From the NCBI GenBank assembly GCA_030613615.1, contig JAUWLR010000001.1, positions 1 through 58,296 of the forward strand: a DNA stretch of 58,296 bases, written 5' to 3'. The position numbers were made by a program, and so were the translations under genes. Source of the stretch: Candidatus Eiseniibacteriota bacterium. Lineage in GTDB: Bacteria; Joyebacterota; Joyebacteria; Joyebacterales; Joyebacteraceae. Below are positions 37,379 to 46,394 of the stretch, one piece after another. Each line of letters opens with the position of its first letter. The first letter of the stretch is position 1. Below the pieces are notes generated by a model. It did no database searches and had not been told where the DNA came from. It saw only the letters and a program-made list of their open reading frames with translations.

Positions 37379-38182
37379 ATGGAACCCGCCAGTGGCGTTA
37401 CGAAAAGGTTGGTGGAGCGGCTGAGCATGGCGAAGGACTTGGCCGTTCTCACCGGCGCGGGAGTGTCTCAGGAGAGCGGCGTCCCGACGTTCAGGGGCGA
37501 GGAAGGGTTGTGGAAGCAGCACCGGGCCGAGGAACTCGCGACGTGGAGGGCGTTCGAGAGTGACCCCGGGCTGGTCTGGAGTTGGTACGACTACAGGCGT
37601 CAGCTCGTCTCAGACGCCGAGCCCAATCCGGCCCACAGAGCCATCGCCGAGCTGGAAGAGGGCTACCCCCACTTCTCTCTCATTACTCAGAACACCGATG
37701 GACTCCACGACAGGGCCGGTAGCTCGGCCCCGGTCGAGCTTCACGGCAACATCTGGAGAGCGCGCTGCACGCTCGAGCAGACGGTCTGCGAGCTGCTGGA
37801 GAGCCCGCTACCCGACGTGCCGCCGCACTGCCCTACGTGCGGGTCACTCCTTCGGCCGGACGTCGTGTGGTACGGCGAGCCGCTGCCGATGGACGCGTAC
37901 GAGCGCTCCCACCAGATCGCGGCGCGTTGCGACGCAATGCTGGTCATCGGCACGTCGGCCGTTGTCCATCCGGCGGCGTCGCTCCCGCTGGTTGCCAAGC
38001 ACAATGGCGCCTTCGTGGTCGAGGTGAACACGGCATACACACCCATATCCGCCCTAGTCGATGCCACCTTGCTCGGGAAGGCCGGCGACCTCTTGCCCGA
38101 GATCGCTCGCCGAGTCCTGGAAGCCGTGGGGAACCGCGGCAGCGGGGCCGCGAACCCCGTGAGCGAGAGCGCGCCCGCTTGA
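37379..38182 (+). CDS. cobB: NAD-dependent protein deacylase (Sir2/CobB family)
   Basis: 'LTGAGVSQESGVPTFRG','ITQNTDGLH','ELHGN', Zn ribbon 'C...CPTCGSLLRPDVVWYGE','VIGTS'. Confidence 0.85.
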   Translation: MEPASGVTKRLVERLSMAKDLAVLTGAGVSQESGVPTFRGEEGLWKQHRAEELATWRAFESDPGLVWSWYDYRRQLVSDAEPNPAHRAIAELEEGYPHFSLITQNTDGLHDRAGSSAPVELHGNIWRARCTLEQTVCELLESPLPDVPPHCPTCGSLLRPDVVWYGEPLPMDAYERSHQIAARCDAMLVIGTSAVVHPAASLPLVAKHNGAFVVEVNTAYTPISALVDATLLGKAGDLLPEIARRVLEAVGNRGSGAANPVSESAPA

Positions 38183-38277
38183 CCGGTCCCTCATGCTCTG
38201 ATAGCCTCTAGCATGTGTCACGGCCGTGTGGAGAACCGGCCGTGCATTCCCGTATCCAGGCAACGAACCGTACAACG

Positions 38278-38359
38278 CGTTCACCCGGGGCGCCCTCAGC
38301 GGGCTTCCGGAGACATCCCGTTCACCCGGGGCGTCCCCAGCGGGGTCCCGGAGATATCG
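38278..38359. repeat. Two tandem copies of a 41-bp unit immediately upstream of the giant gene
   Basis: cgttcacccggggcgccctcagcgggcttccggagacatcc / cgttcacccggggcgtccccagcggggtcccggagatatcg. About 35/41 positions are identical by hand alignment. The repeat ends 30 nt before ATG 38389. Confidence 0.7.
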
Positions 38360-38388
38360 CACTGGACACCATTCCTAAGGAAATCGAC

Positions 38389-41300
38389 ATGCGAAGATAC
38401 GCTGCTGCCGTCGCCGTTCTTCTTCTGCTGGTGGCCGCATCCGCCCTGTCGAACAGCTACAACAGGCCTACGATCGACGGGCGCGTGACCACCCTGGAGG
38501 GCGATTGGGAAAGCGATGAGTGGGTGGGGCGGGACCCTCGCGATGACTGCCGCCACTACCCGGACCAAGGGGACCTCAGAGATCTCTGGGTCACCTGGGA
38601 CGAGACGAATCTGTACTTCGGAGTCAGGACCGTCAATGGTCCGGCCGACAACGGCTACGTGCTCTATATCGATGAGGACGCTCAGGAGGGCATCACCGGT
38701 GCCACCGACTTCACGAGCGCCGCTTTCTATCCGAGGCGTGTGACCTTCAGCACCATGGGAGTCGACGCGATATTCGGGGTCTGGAAACTCGAGCCGGGCA
38801 CCGAGGGGATCCGGCACTGCGACGACCTGTCGGTCATGTCTCCCATCGAGGGCGCGTACGCCCAGATGAACCCGGGGATCAAGCACTACGAGGGCGTCAT
38901 TCCTTGGGACGGGCTCTACGGGCTCGGCGAGGGTGTGGTTCCCGAGGGAACGATCCTCCGGTTCGTCGCGGCTGTTGTGGGCGTAGACAACACGGGAGCA
39001 TTCGACGCTCTGCCCACAACGACATCCGGGATGGAGTCCGACCCCTCCACTCCAGACGGAGCCTATACCGATCTGGATCTCTTCATCGAGATACCAGTGG
39101 ACACAGACGAGGACGGAGTGCCCGACACCAACTATCCGCCGGGGGGCAGCATCTCCGGGACAGTGGCGCTGGGCGACACAACCGACCACGAGACGGTCGT
39201 TACCGTCACTGCCTATCAGGGCGGAGAGGCCATCTGGAGCGACAGAACGCCGGCCGGTGGAGGCGAATACGAGATCGAGCGTCTTGCGCCCGGGATCTAC
39301 GACGTGAAGACGAACGCCTTCTCATACCTGCCGGTCACGATTGAGGGCGTCGCGGTCGCCGACACTAGCGAGACCGCCGGTATCAACTTCCTGCTCGAGA
39401 AGGTCACCGGGCGCGTTGAGGGTGAGGTGGTTCTGGACGGTGGCCCCGCCGTTGATGTCACCGTGGGCGTCTACGACGCGACGACGGGCGAGATGGGCGG
39501 CGAGGGTGAGGTGGTTGTCGAGGGTGGAACGGGCGCCTTCTCGATTGGTACCGTCCTCGACGGGACCTGGCTCGTTCTGGCGGAGGGGAAGGGGTACGTT
39601 GAGGCCGACACCATGGCCACGATCACAGACGGCGACACGACCAACGTGGGGCTCCTCACTCTTCCTGTCGTTGTTGCGACGAAGTACGGCTTCTCCGATT
39701 CTCTGGGGAACAGCATCTACGGCGCCGGGACGACCGTCAGCCTGCCGGACAGTGGAATCTACTACTACGCGCGGGCGTGGGTGGAGCCGCGCGACGATGG
39801 CGATCGAGTGGCCTACTGGGACTACGACGCCCAGGGCGGGATAGTGCTCAGCGCGACGAAGCTGGACCCGGCCTATGATCCGACGGGCACGGTGGTCTTG
39901 GCGGACACGAGCGAGGTGCCCCTCCCGGATGCCACGTTGACGTCGGACATGTTCGACGACGGCAGGGCGCCGTTCCTGACGGCAGACGATGCGATCGAGG
40001 TCGTGAGGGTCTTTGCGACGAACGCTGCGCTGCGTGACACGCTCCAGGGTGTGCTCGAGGTCGGCATCGCCCCGCCCGCTCCCGTCAGGCTGGCGTTGTC
40101 CACGGACGTGTCAACCATCGCGGCCGGCGTGGGCGTCGCGACCATATCGGGACAGCTCGTTGACGCAAGCAGCAACGCGGCGAAGGTGCCGGGTATTATC
40201 GCGAACATGACCGCATGGGGCGCGGGAGGAGGATTCAGTGTGCCCTCGCCCGAGACCGATGCGGACGGCAAGTTCGCGGTCGACTTCTCCGGGACGGTCA
40301 CGGGCACGGCCTACGTGAGCGCCGCCATCGATCCGGGCTCGGCGTACCCGAACCTCGAGGTGGACGAGCTGACCATCGTGCTGGAGCCCGACGTGGCGGC
40401 CTTCGTGGAGATCGAGCCCGATCCCAGGGCGCTGAGAGCCGGAGACCTGTCGACGCTCAGCGCGCAGGTCGTCGACGCCTGGGGCAACAACGTCGCGCTT
40501 GGGGACCTGTCCATAGCACTTGTGGCATCACCGCCCTTGCTTCTTGCCTCGATCGACTCGCCGATAGTCACGGACGGGACCGGCTGGGCAACGGGCGAGA
40601 TCGAAGCCGGAAGCACCTACGGCACCGTTGAGATCTCGGGCGCCGCCACGGGCGTCGAGGTCGAGACCATCTACGTGCCCATCGACGCGACCGTCAGGGC
40701 CATGGACGAGGTCGCGCCTGAAACGGACCCCGACCACAACAGCGACCCGGGCATGGACCTCACTGTGCTCAGGATCACGAACAGCGCCGACGAGCTGATC
40801 GTCGGCCTGATCTTCGACTCCGAGTGGAACGGCGCGCACCTGGGCATCTGCATAGAGGCCAATGGAGATGCGGCGGGAGCGCCGGCGGAGCCGTTCCGCT
40901 TCCCGATCACCTACGGACACGCGCTCCTCCCGGACTACGCCTTCACCTACAAGTTCTACGACCAGAGCTACGCCGATTTCCGCCGGTGGAACGTCGGCGC
41001 GGGAGCCTGGCAGTTTCTCGATTGGGACACAGACAGTTGGGTGAACGAAGACGCATGGGTGATCGGCGTCGAGGCCCAGGACGGGCAGATGGACCGGGAC
41101 CAGTGGGACGTCTACTTTCGCATTCCGTTCTCAACGATCGGTGTGTCGGTGGGAGACACCGTGCGCGTCCAGGGCTACACGATGCAGGAGGTCCCTGGAG
41201 ACCCGGACGCCGTCAAGTACACTGCACTGGACTCGACGCCGCACGATGCTACGCACGACATGTTGCCGGACGTCGGGGACTGGTGGGAGACCGCGACTGA

Positions 41301-43746
41301 CGCAGTCACGCTCTCGAACTACCAGACCTACGTTCTCAGGGCAGAAGGTCTGGCGCCTGCCCTCTCCGAAGGTGAAGCAGATCCCTCGCCGGCGCAGCCC
41401 GGGGACCTCGTCACATACACGGTCCAGGTCACGGACACGGGCGGGGGCGTCGGCGACGTGTTCCTCAACCTCTCGGACATTGGTGGTGACAGGTTCGTCC
41501 GGATGACGGACGACGGGGTCGATCCGGATGCAGCCGAGGGCGATGGCGTGTACACGACCTCAGAGGTGCTTTCCTCCTCCGCATCCGACGGCGATCACAC
41601 GGTCACGGTCACCGCTCGCGACGGGGAGAACATCGCTGCCGCCACGCTGGACATCGACATCAACGCGAACAACCCCGCGACCGCGATCCGCCAGTTCGAC
41701 GACCCGGAGTTCGACGACCACGGGCCGAACGGGGGAACTGATCATCCCGGCGAACAGATCGAGGGACTCTACTACAGGTACCCGACGAATCTCGTGTTCC
41801 TTCCGGGGTCTTTCGACATTACCGGGGTGGAGATATTCGCGGACGGCGACCGCATCGTCTTCCGCACGCACATTCGCGACCTGGTCTATCATCAGGACCC
41901 GTCGGCCGCGGACTGGGGTGCGCCCCAGCCGAGCCAACAGACGTGCGACAACCCCAATCGGACCGACCTCAACCTGCAGAAGCTCGACATCTATATAGAT
42001 GCGTATGAAGGAGAGGGCGCGACCAGCGGTTTCCCGAACAGGTACGTCGATATCGCGACAGTCGACGCCTGGGACTACGGTATCTCTGCCGAGGGCTGGG
42101 GCAAGTGGTTCGTCGTCTCGAACAGCTCAAACTCCACGGCGAGCTGGGACCTCTACAAGAACGACAGCGACATCTCAATGTGTGACGACCACATCGAGAA
42201 CTACATCGACGTCAGCATCGACCGCGCGCTGCTCGGGCTTGACCCGGACAACACGGACAACGACGACATCCTGTCCTGGGACATCATCGTCTGCCTGTCG
42301 TCGCACGATGGCGAGACGAACGACCAGAATCTCGGAGGGATCCGCTGGGTCAACGGCACCACCAGCGAGTGGCAGATCGGCGGCGGTCTGGACAGCGAAG
42401 GGGGGAGGGACAGGGACCCCAACATCATTGACGTAGCGATCTCGCCCGGTGAAGGACACGAGCCCGGGCGGACCCAGGAGGAGATGCTCGACTACACCAC
42501 CACGGAGGCGGAGGCTAGGTTCGACAACAACCGGGTGGCGTGCGTGCTCGAAGCTAGCTTCGCCGTCGACACCGCACCGCCAGTCATCTACGACTTCACG
42601 AGCGACCCCGAACTCGCGTTCATCCCGTGGGTGGCGCTGGACGGCGCTCCAGCCGTCATGTGGACGACCATCACCGACGTTACCGGCATCGAGACCGCGC
42701 GCTTTCACTGGCAGCCCGTTGGACTTCCGACCTTCCGGGATTCGGTGGACATGGTCAACCTGATCGGCGACATCTGGGCGGCCGACATCCCGCGCGCCGA
42801 CGTCACGGCCGGCACGAACGTCGTCGGCCTGAACAAGGTGGGCGACGCGCGTGTGCTCGAGGGTTGGATCTACGCTGCCGACTCGTCGGAGGCCGAGAAC
42901 GAGATACAGAGCGCTCCCCTGACATTCGGCATCCCCGAGCCATGGGCGGGCTCGCAGACGCTCTCTCTACCCGACACACTGCATGAGAACGACGAACGTC
43001 TCCTCGTCTTCCAGGACGGAACCGTGCTGACGGTGGACGGCGGTGACCTGCCGGGCGAAGGCGGCGCCATGGAGCTCACCGTCACTCCCATATCTGAGAG
43101 TCTGGTGGACGTCTCCGATATCCGTGACGACATGGAGTTCGTCAGCGTCGCCAGAGACCTGGCGGCGCAGTACGCGGACGGGACGGCCGTGTCGCTCGTC
43201 GGGAAGCCGAGTCTGACACTGCACTACCCGCAGTACGAGGTAGGAGGGCTCGACGAGGAGGACTTCGGCCTGTTCGGGTGGATCCCGGAGACGGAGCGGT
43301 GGATTCTCAAGGGAGGCGCCGGCAATCCTCCCGGCAACACCGTGACCGGGGAAATACTCGACTTCGGCACCTACGGCATCTTCTACTGGGAGGCGCTGGA
43401 CGTGGGTTCCGCGAGAGGGCTGTCGGGCGTGCTGACCGAGCCGAATCCATTCTCGCCCAACGGTGACGGGCTATACGACGAGACCGTTGTCACGTTCTAC
43501 CTCGGCCGCGAGGCCGACTACGTCAACATCGAGTTCTACGACCTCGAGGGCCGGCTGGCCCGCAGGCTCGTGTTCAAGGGACCGACCGACTACATGGGGC
43601 GATCCCAGCATACCATGACCTGGGATGGAACGGACGTGGACGGCAACGTCGTGCCATACGGCATATATGTGATGCGTGTTGAGGCAAGGTTCAAGACCGA
43701 ACCGACGTTCGAGCGAGTCAACAGACCCGTCGTTGTCATCAAGTAG
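38389..43746 (+). CDS. Giant (1785 aa) secreted multidomain surface protein with glycan-binding-type modules and a FlgD-Ig/CHU_C-type C-terminal sorting domain
   Basis: Signal peptide 'AVAVLLLLVAASALS'. Two CBM9/DOMON-like modules ('TIDGRV...DLWVTWDETNLYFGV'; 'LTVLRITNSADELIVGLIF'). CarboxypepD_reg-like units ('YEIERLAPGIYDVKT'). Big-like units ('ISGQLVDASSN','LSAQVVDAWGNN'). Glucodextranase-C-like module 'DDPEFDDHGPNGG...YYRYPTNLVFLPGSFDITGVEIFADGDRIVF'. Tail 'NPFSPNGDGLYDE...WDGTDVDGNVVPYGIYVMRV'. I recognise no catalytic domain. Confidence 0.85.
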   Translation: MRRYAAAVAVLLLLVAASALSNSYNRPTIDGRVTTLEGDWESDEWVGRDPRDDCRHYPDQGDLRDLWVTWDETNLYFGVRTVNGPADNGYVLYIDEDAQEGITGATDFTSAAFYPRRVTFSTMGVDAIFGVWKLEPGTEGIRHCDDLSVMSPIEGAYAQMNPGIKHYEGVIPWDGLYGLGEGVVPEGTILRFVAAVVGVDNTGAFDALPTTTSGMESDPSTPDGAYTDLDLFIEIPVDTDEDGVPDTNYPPGGSISGTVALGDTTDHETVVTVTAYQGGEAIWSDRTPAGGGEYEIERLAPGIYDVKTNAFSYLPVTIEGVAVADTSETAGINFLLEKVTGRVEGEVVLDGGPAVDVTVGVYDATTGEMGGEGEVVVEGGTGAFSIGTVLDGTWLVLAEGKGYVEADTMATITDGDTTNVGLLTLPVVVATKYGFSDSLGNSIYGAGTTVSLPDSGIYYYARAWVEPRDDGDRVAYWDYDAQGGIVLSATKLDPAYDPTGTVVLADTSEVPLPDATLTSDMFDDGRAPFLTADDAIEVVRVFATNAALRDTLQGVLEVGIAPPAPVRLALSTDVSTIAAGVGVATISGQLVDASSNAAKVPGIIANMTAWGAGGGFSVPSPETDADGKFAVDFSGTVTGTAYVSAAIDPGSAYPNLEVDELTIVLEPDVAAFVEIEPDPRALRAGDLSTLSAQVVDAWGNNVALGDLSIALVASPPLLLASIDSPIVTDGTGWATGEIEAGSTYGTVEISGAATGVEVETIYVPIDATVRAMDEVAPETDPDHNSDPGMDLTVLRITNSADELIVGLIFDSEWNGAHLGICIEANGDAAGAPAEPFRFPITYGHALLPDYAFTYKFYDQSYADFRRWNVGAGAWQFLDWDTDSWVNEDAWVIGVEAQDGQMDRDQWDVYFRIPFSTIGVSVGDTVRVQGYTMQEVPGDPDAVKYTALDSTPHDATHDMLPDVGDWWETATDAVTLSNYQTYVLRAEGLAPALSEGEADPSPAQPGDLVTYTVQVTDTGGGVGDVFLNLSDIGGDRFVRMTDDGVDPDAAEGDGVYTTSEVLSSSASDGDHTVTVTARDGENIAAATLDIDINANNPATAIRQFDDPEFDDHGPNGGTDHPGEQIEGLYYRYPTNLVFLPGSFDITGVEIFADGDRIVFRTHIRDLVYHQDPSAADWGAPQPSQQTCDNPNRTDLNLQKLDIYIDAYEGEGATSGFPNRYVDIATVDAWDYGISAEGWGKWFVVSNSSNSTASWDLYKNDSDISMCDDHIENYIDVSIDRALLGLDPDNTDNDDILSWDIIVCLSSHDGETNDQNLGGIRWVNGTTSEWQIGGGLDSEGGRDRDPNIIDVAISPGEGHEPGRTQEEMLDYTTTEAEARFDNNRVACVLEASFAVDTAPPVIYDFTSDPELAFIPWVALDGAPAVMWTTITDVTGIETARFHWQPVGLPTFRDSVDMVNLIGDIWAADIPRADVTAGTNVVGLNKVGDARVLEGWIYAADSSEAENEIQSAPLTFGIPEPWAGSQTLSLPDTLHENDERLLVFQDGTVLTVDGGDLPGEGGAMELTVTPISESLVDVSDIRDDMEFVSVARDLAAQYADGTAVSLVGKPSLTLHYPQYEVGGLDEEDFGLFGWIPETERWILKGGAGNPPGNTVTGEILDFGTYGIFYWEALDVGSARGLSGVLTEPNPFSPNGDGLYDETVVTFYLGREADYVNIEFYDLEGRLARRLVFKGPTDYMGRSQHTMTWDGTDVDGNVVPYGIYVMRVEARFKTEPTFERVNRPVVVIK

Positions 43747-43759
43747 CAAGGACCTGTCT

Positions 43760-44641
43760 ATGTTGAGAACCACGGCAAGCACGGTCGTCGCACTCCTTCT
43801 TCTTGCCGGGGCGGTTCAGGCGAACTTCCTCGAGACGGAGCTTGGGGCGAGAGCGATGGGTATGGGCGGCGCCTTCGTGGCCGTCGCGGACGACGTCACT
43901 GCGCTGCACTGGAATCCGGCGGGGCTGGCAGGACTGCCTGGAGTTCAGGTCTTCGGAATGCGGACCAGCGTCTACAGCGTCGACGGTCTGTCGGAGGACG
44001 CGGTTCTGACGTCGTATGGAACGGGAAGCATGGGGTACGGCCTGGGGTGGATGAGAACGGGGGCGGCGGACCTCTACAGCGAGGACACGCTCCTGGCGGG
44101 CTACGGTACGGAAACGCCGATCGACGGCCTGGCCGCGGGCATTACGCTCAAACGTTTCTCCGTCGAGGCGCCTGGATACGAGTACTACAACGACCCGGCG
44201 TTCGCCGCGGGCGGCGACGACGCCTACGCCGCCGACCTGGGCGCACTCTATCGACGTGGGAAGTGGAGCGTCGGCGCCACGGTCAGGAATCTGGGAGAGC
44301 CCAAGCTGCAGCTGCTTTCCACGACCGCGGAGGAGGACCTCGACCCGATAATGAGCGAGCTGCGCCTCGGCGGGACATACCTGTTCCGCGACGTCATGCT
44401 GATGACGGTCGAGTGGCGCGCGCCGAGGGAGGCCCCCGAGTACTACGAGAACCAGTACAGCATCAATTTGGGGAGCGAGGTCTGGTTCTACGATGCCTTC
44501 GCATTGAGAGCGGGCATGAACCGCGACAGGATCACCGCGGGGCTGGGCATAAGGACGAAGCACATTCAGATAGACGTCGCCCTGCTGTCGGAGCGGAGGA
44601 TCGGGAGTCTCTACAGGTTGTCGGCGATCTTCCTGTGGTAG
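43760..44641 (+). CDS. PorV/PorP-SprF-like outer-membrane beta-barrel
   Basis: Signal peptide. 'GARAMGMGGAFVAVADDVTALHWNPAGLAG' is the hallmark N-terminal motif of PorV/PorQ/UPF0164-type barrels. Alternating beta pattern. C-terminal 'LSAIFLW'. Confidence 0.7.
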   Translation: MLRTTASTVVALLLLAGAVQANFLETELGARAMGMGGAFVAVADDVTALHWNPAGLAGLPGVQVFGMRTSVYSVDGLSEDAVLTSYGTGSMGYGLGWMRTGAADLYSEDTLLAGYGTETPIDGLAAGITLKRFSVEAPGYEYYNDPAFAAGGDDAYAADLGALYRRGKWSVGATVRNLGEPKLQLLSTTAEEDLDPIMSELRLGGTYLFRDVMLMTVEWRAPREAPEYYENQYSINLGSEVWFYDAFALRAGMNRDRITAGLGIRTKHIQIDVALLSERRIGSLYRLSAIFLW

Positions 44642-44714
44642 GAGGGTTGCGGCAGGGGGCCCCGCGAGGGGCGCCGCGCACTGACCGGCGTTACAGATTC
44701 CGAAGGAGCTTCCG

Positions 44715-46310
44715 TTGGTTCGAACCAAGAGAATAAGAGGTCGCCACCTCTCGGTCCTCCTGCTCGCGAGTCTGATGCTCGCGTCGTGGGTCGCTCCCGC
44801 CTCAGGCATAACGACCCTGGACGGCTACTCCTCGTTCATGGCCGAGCTTCGGAACAGCGGTGGAGGAGACCCCAGCTGGGAGCTCGGCAATCCTGAGCTC
44901 CTGGTTGAGTTTCGTCTCAAGTCGAGCCCGTGGCAGGACATCGACAGCTTCCTGAAGGTCGCGGGGGAGTCGGACACGTGGGTGGATCGGGGCGAGGATG
45001 AGGTGGTCAAAGAGACGAAGTTCTTCTTCCAGGAGGCACACGTCCGGTTCCGCGCGAGCAAGTTCGAGACGCACCTCTTTGCGGGGCAGGACAGGTTCTG
45101 GCTGAACGAGCCGCTGCTGCAGATCGTGCACTCGGACCAGGTGAAGCACGACGACTGGGGCCCGAAGGCGCAGGGAATCAGGCTCGACTTCTGGGACCTC
45201 TACGGATTCTCGGGCGCGGCCTTCGTGAGCGAGAGGAGCGACTACAAGTTCATGGACTGGGCGAGGCTCTCCTCGGCCGAGCAGGGGTACTATCCGGGTT
45301 CGGCGGAGGGCGACACGATCACGAGCAGCACCTCCGACTATCGCGGCTTCAGGGTCAACAGGGCGCTGCTGTCCGATCAGTTGCACGTCGGGACGACCTA
45401 CGCGCGGAAGGACTACGAGGATCTCAACTCGCCCTACTGGGGCGATCGCAGCTTCTTCGACGAGACCATCGCCTTCGACATCGAGATGGCCTTGGGCGAT
45501 ATCGTGCCCGCGCTGACGCGCTTAGGACGTGTCACGTGGGTCTCCGAGTACGGCCGGACACTGTCGGGGCATCTGTGGACCGCTGAGGACCCGGGCGTCA
45601 ACGGTTTCAAGACGGAGGTCAGGGATGTCCGCGTGGGGCCCTTGAGCTTCATGGGTTCCTGGGAGGCGTACGGGAAGGACTTCTACAATCAGGGTCTGGC
45701 GCACGGCGACCAGCAGAACCTCAACGACTACACGCAGTACTACGCCGAGGGGCACTACCGCATTCCCGCCAAGGCCGTCAACCTCAAGGGCTGGGTCAAG
45801 CGCGCCGAGCCCCGGAGTTCCGTGTCGACCAGCTACGCCCGGTCGACGGGCATCATCGCCGAGTGGGGGAGCGAGGCCTACATCGAGTTTCTCAACGGAT
45901 TCACTGGCAAGACGGAGTACAAGGTCTACCGGAACAAGAGCGGCATCTGGCCGAACCTCTTCTTTGAGCTGACCGGTGAGAACCGACTGGTCAAGCTTCG
46001 CACGCAGTTCCGCATCAAGGACATCGACTCTGACTACGAGGTGACCGCGTACGGCTTCGAGGCCAACGTCAACCTGAGCGACGTCTGGAAGTTCTACGCG
46101 CGAGTGATGAATATCGATGAGGCCACCGAGTCCAGGCAGACCGCTTTCGCGCAGCTCAGGTACCTGGGGTGGCAAAGCGCCGAGTTCTTCGTCGAGTTTG
46201 GCAACCCGGACCACAGCAACGACCTGGTGAACGACGACGACTTCGCAACGCACGGCTCGAACGCGATCACGGAGCCGGTGTTCAAGGCGTTCGTGAGGAT
46301 CTACTACTAA
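44715..46310 (+). CDS. Predicted outer-membrane beta-barrel of an unrecognised family
   Basis: TTG start 6 nt after GAAGGAG. Signal peptide 'LLLASLMLASWVAPASG'. Amphipathic beta-strand periodicity throughout. Terminal 'FKAFVRIYY' (aromatic beta-signal). Paralogous blocks shared with 46395-48476. Confidence 0.6.
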   Translation: MVRTKRIRGRHLSVLLLASLMLASWVAPASGITTLDGYSSFMAELRNSGGGDPSWELGNPELLVEFRLKSSPWQDIDSFLKVAGESDTWVDRGEDEVVKETKFFFQEAHVRFRASKFETHLFAGQDRFWLNEPLLQIVHSDQVKHDDWGPKAQGIRLDFWDLYGFSGAAFVSERSDYKFMDWARLSSAEQGYYPGSAEGDTITSSTSDYRGFRVNRALLSDQLHVGTTYARKDYEDLNSPYWGDRSFFDETIAFDIEMALGDIVPALTRLGRVTWVSEYGRTLSGHLWTAEDPGVNGFKTEVRDVRVGPLSFMGSWEAYGKDFYNQGLAHGDQQNLNDYTQYYAEGHYRIPAKAVNLKGWVKRAEPRSSVSTSYARSTGIIAEWGSEAYIEFLNGFTGKTEYKVYRNKSGIWPNLFFELTGENRLVKLRTQFRIKDIDSDYEVTAYGFEANVNLSDVWKFYARVMNIDEATESRQTAFAQLRYLGWQSAEFFVEFGNPDHSNDLVNDDDFATHGSNAITEPVFKAFVRIYY

Positions 46311-46394
46311 CGGAAGAAAGCTGGGGCCGGTCGACCCGGTCCACGAGAATCGCTTGAGGGAGGCGTGATAGGCGCCCCATCCGGAGAAGAATCG

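Noticed and set aside
37379-38182. Sir2-domain protein as a possible anti-phage defence effector (Thoeris/DSR/SIR2-HerA type)
   Set aside because: It has the short housekeeping CobB architecture with a Zn ribbon and complete NAD and acyl-lysine motifs. It has no fused sensor domain, and there are no adjacent HerA, TIR, pAgo or helicase genes.
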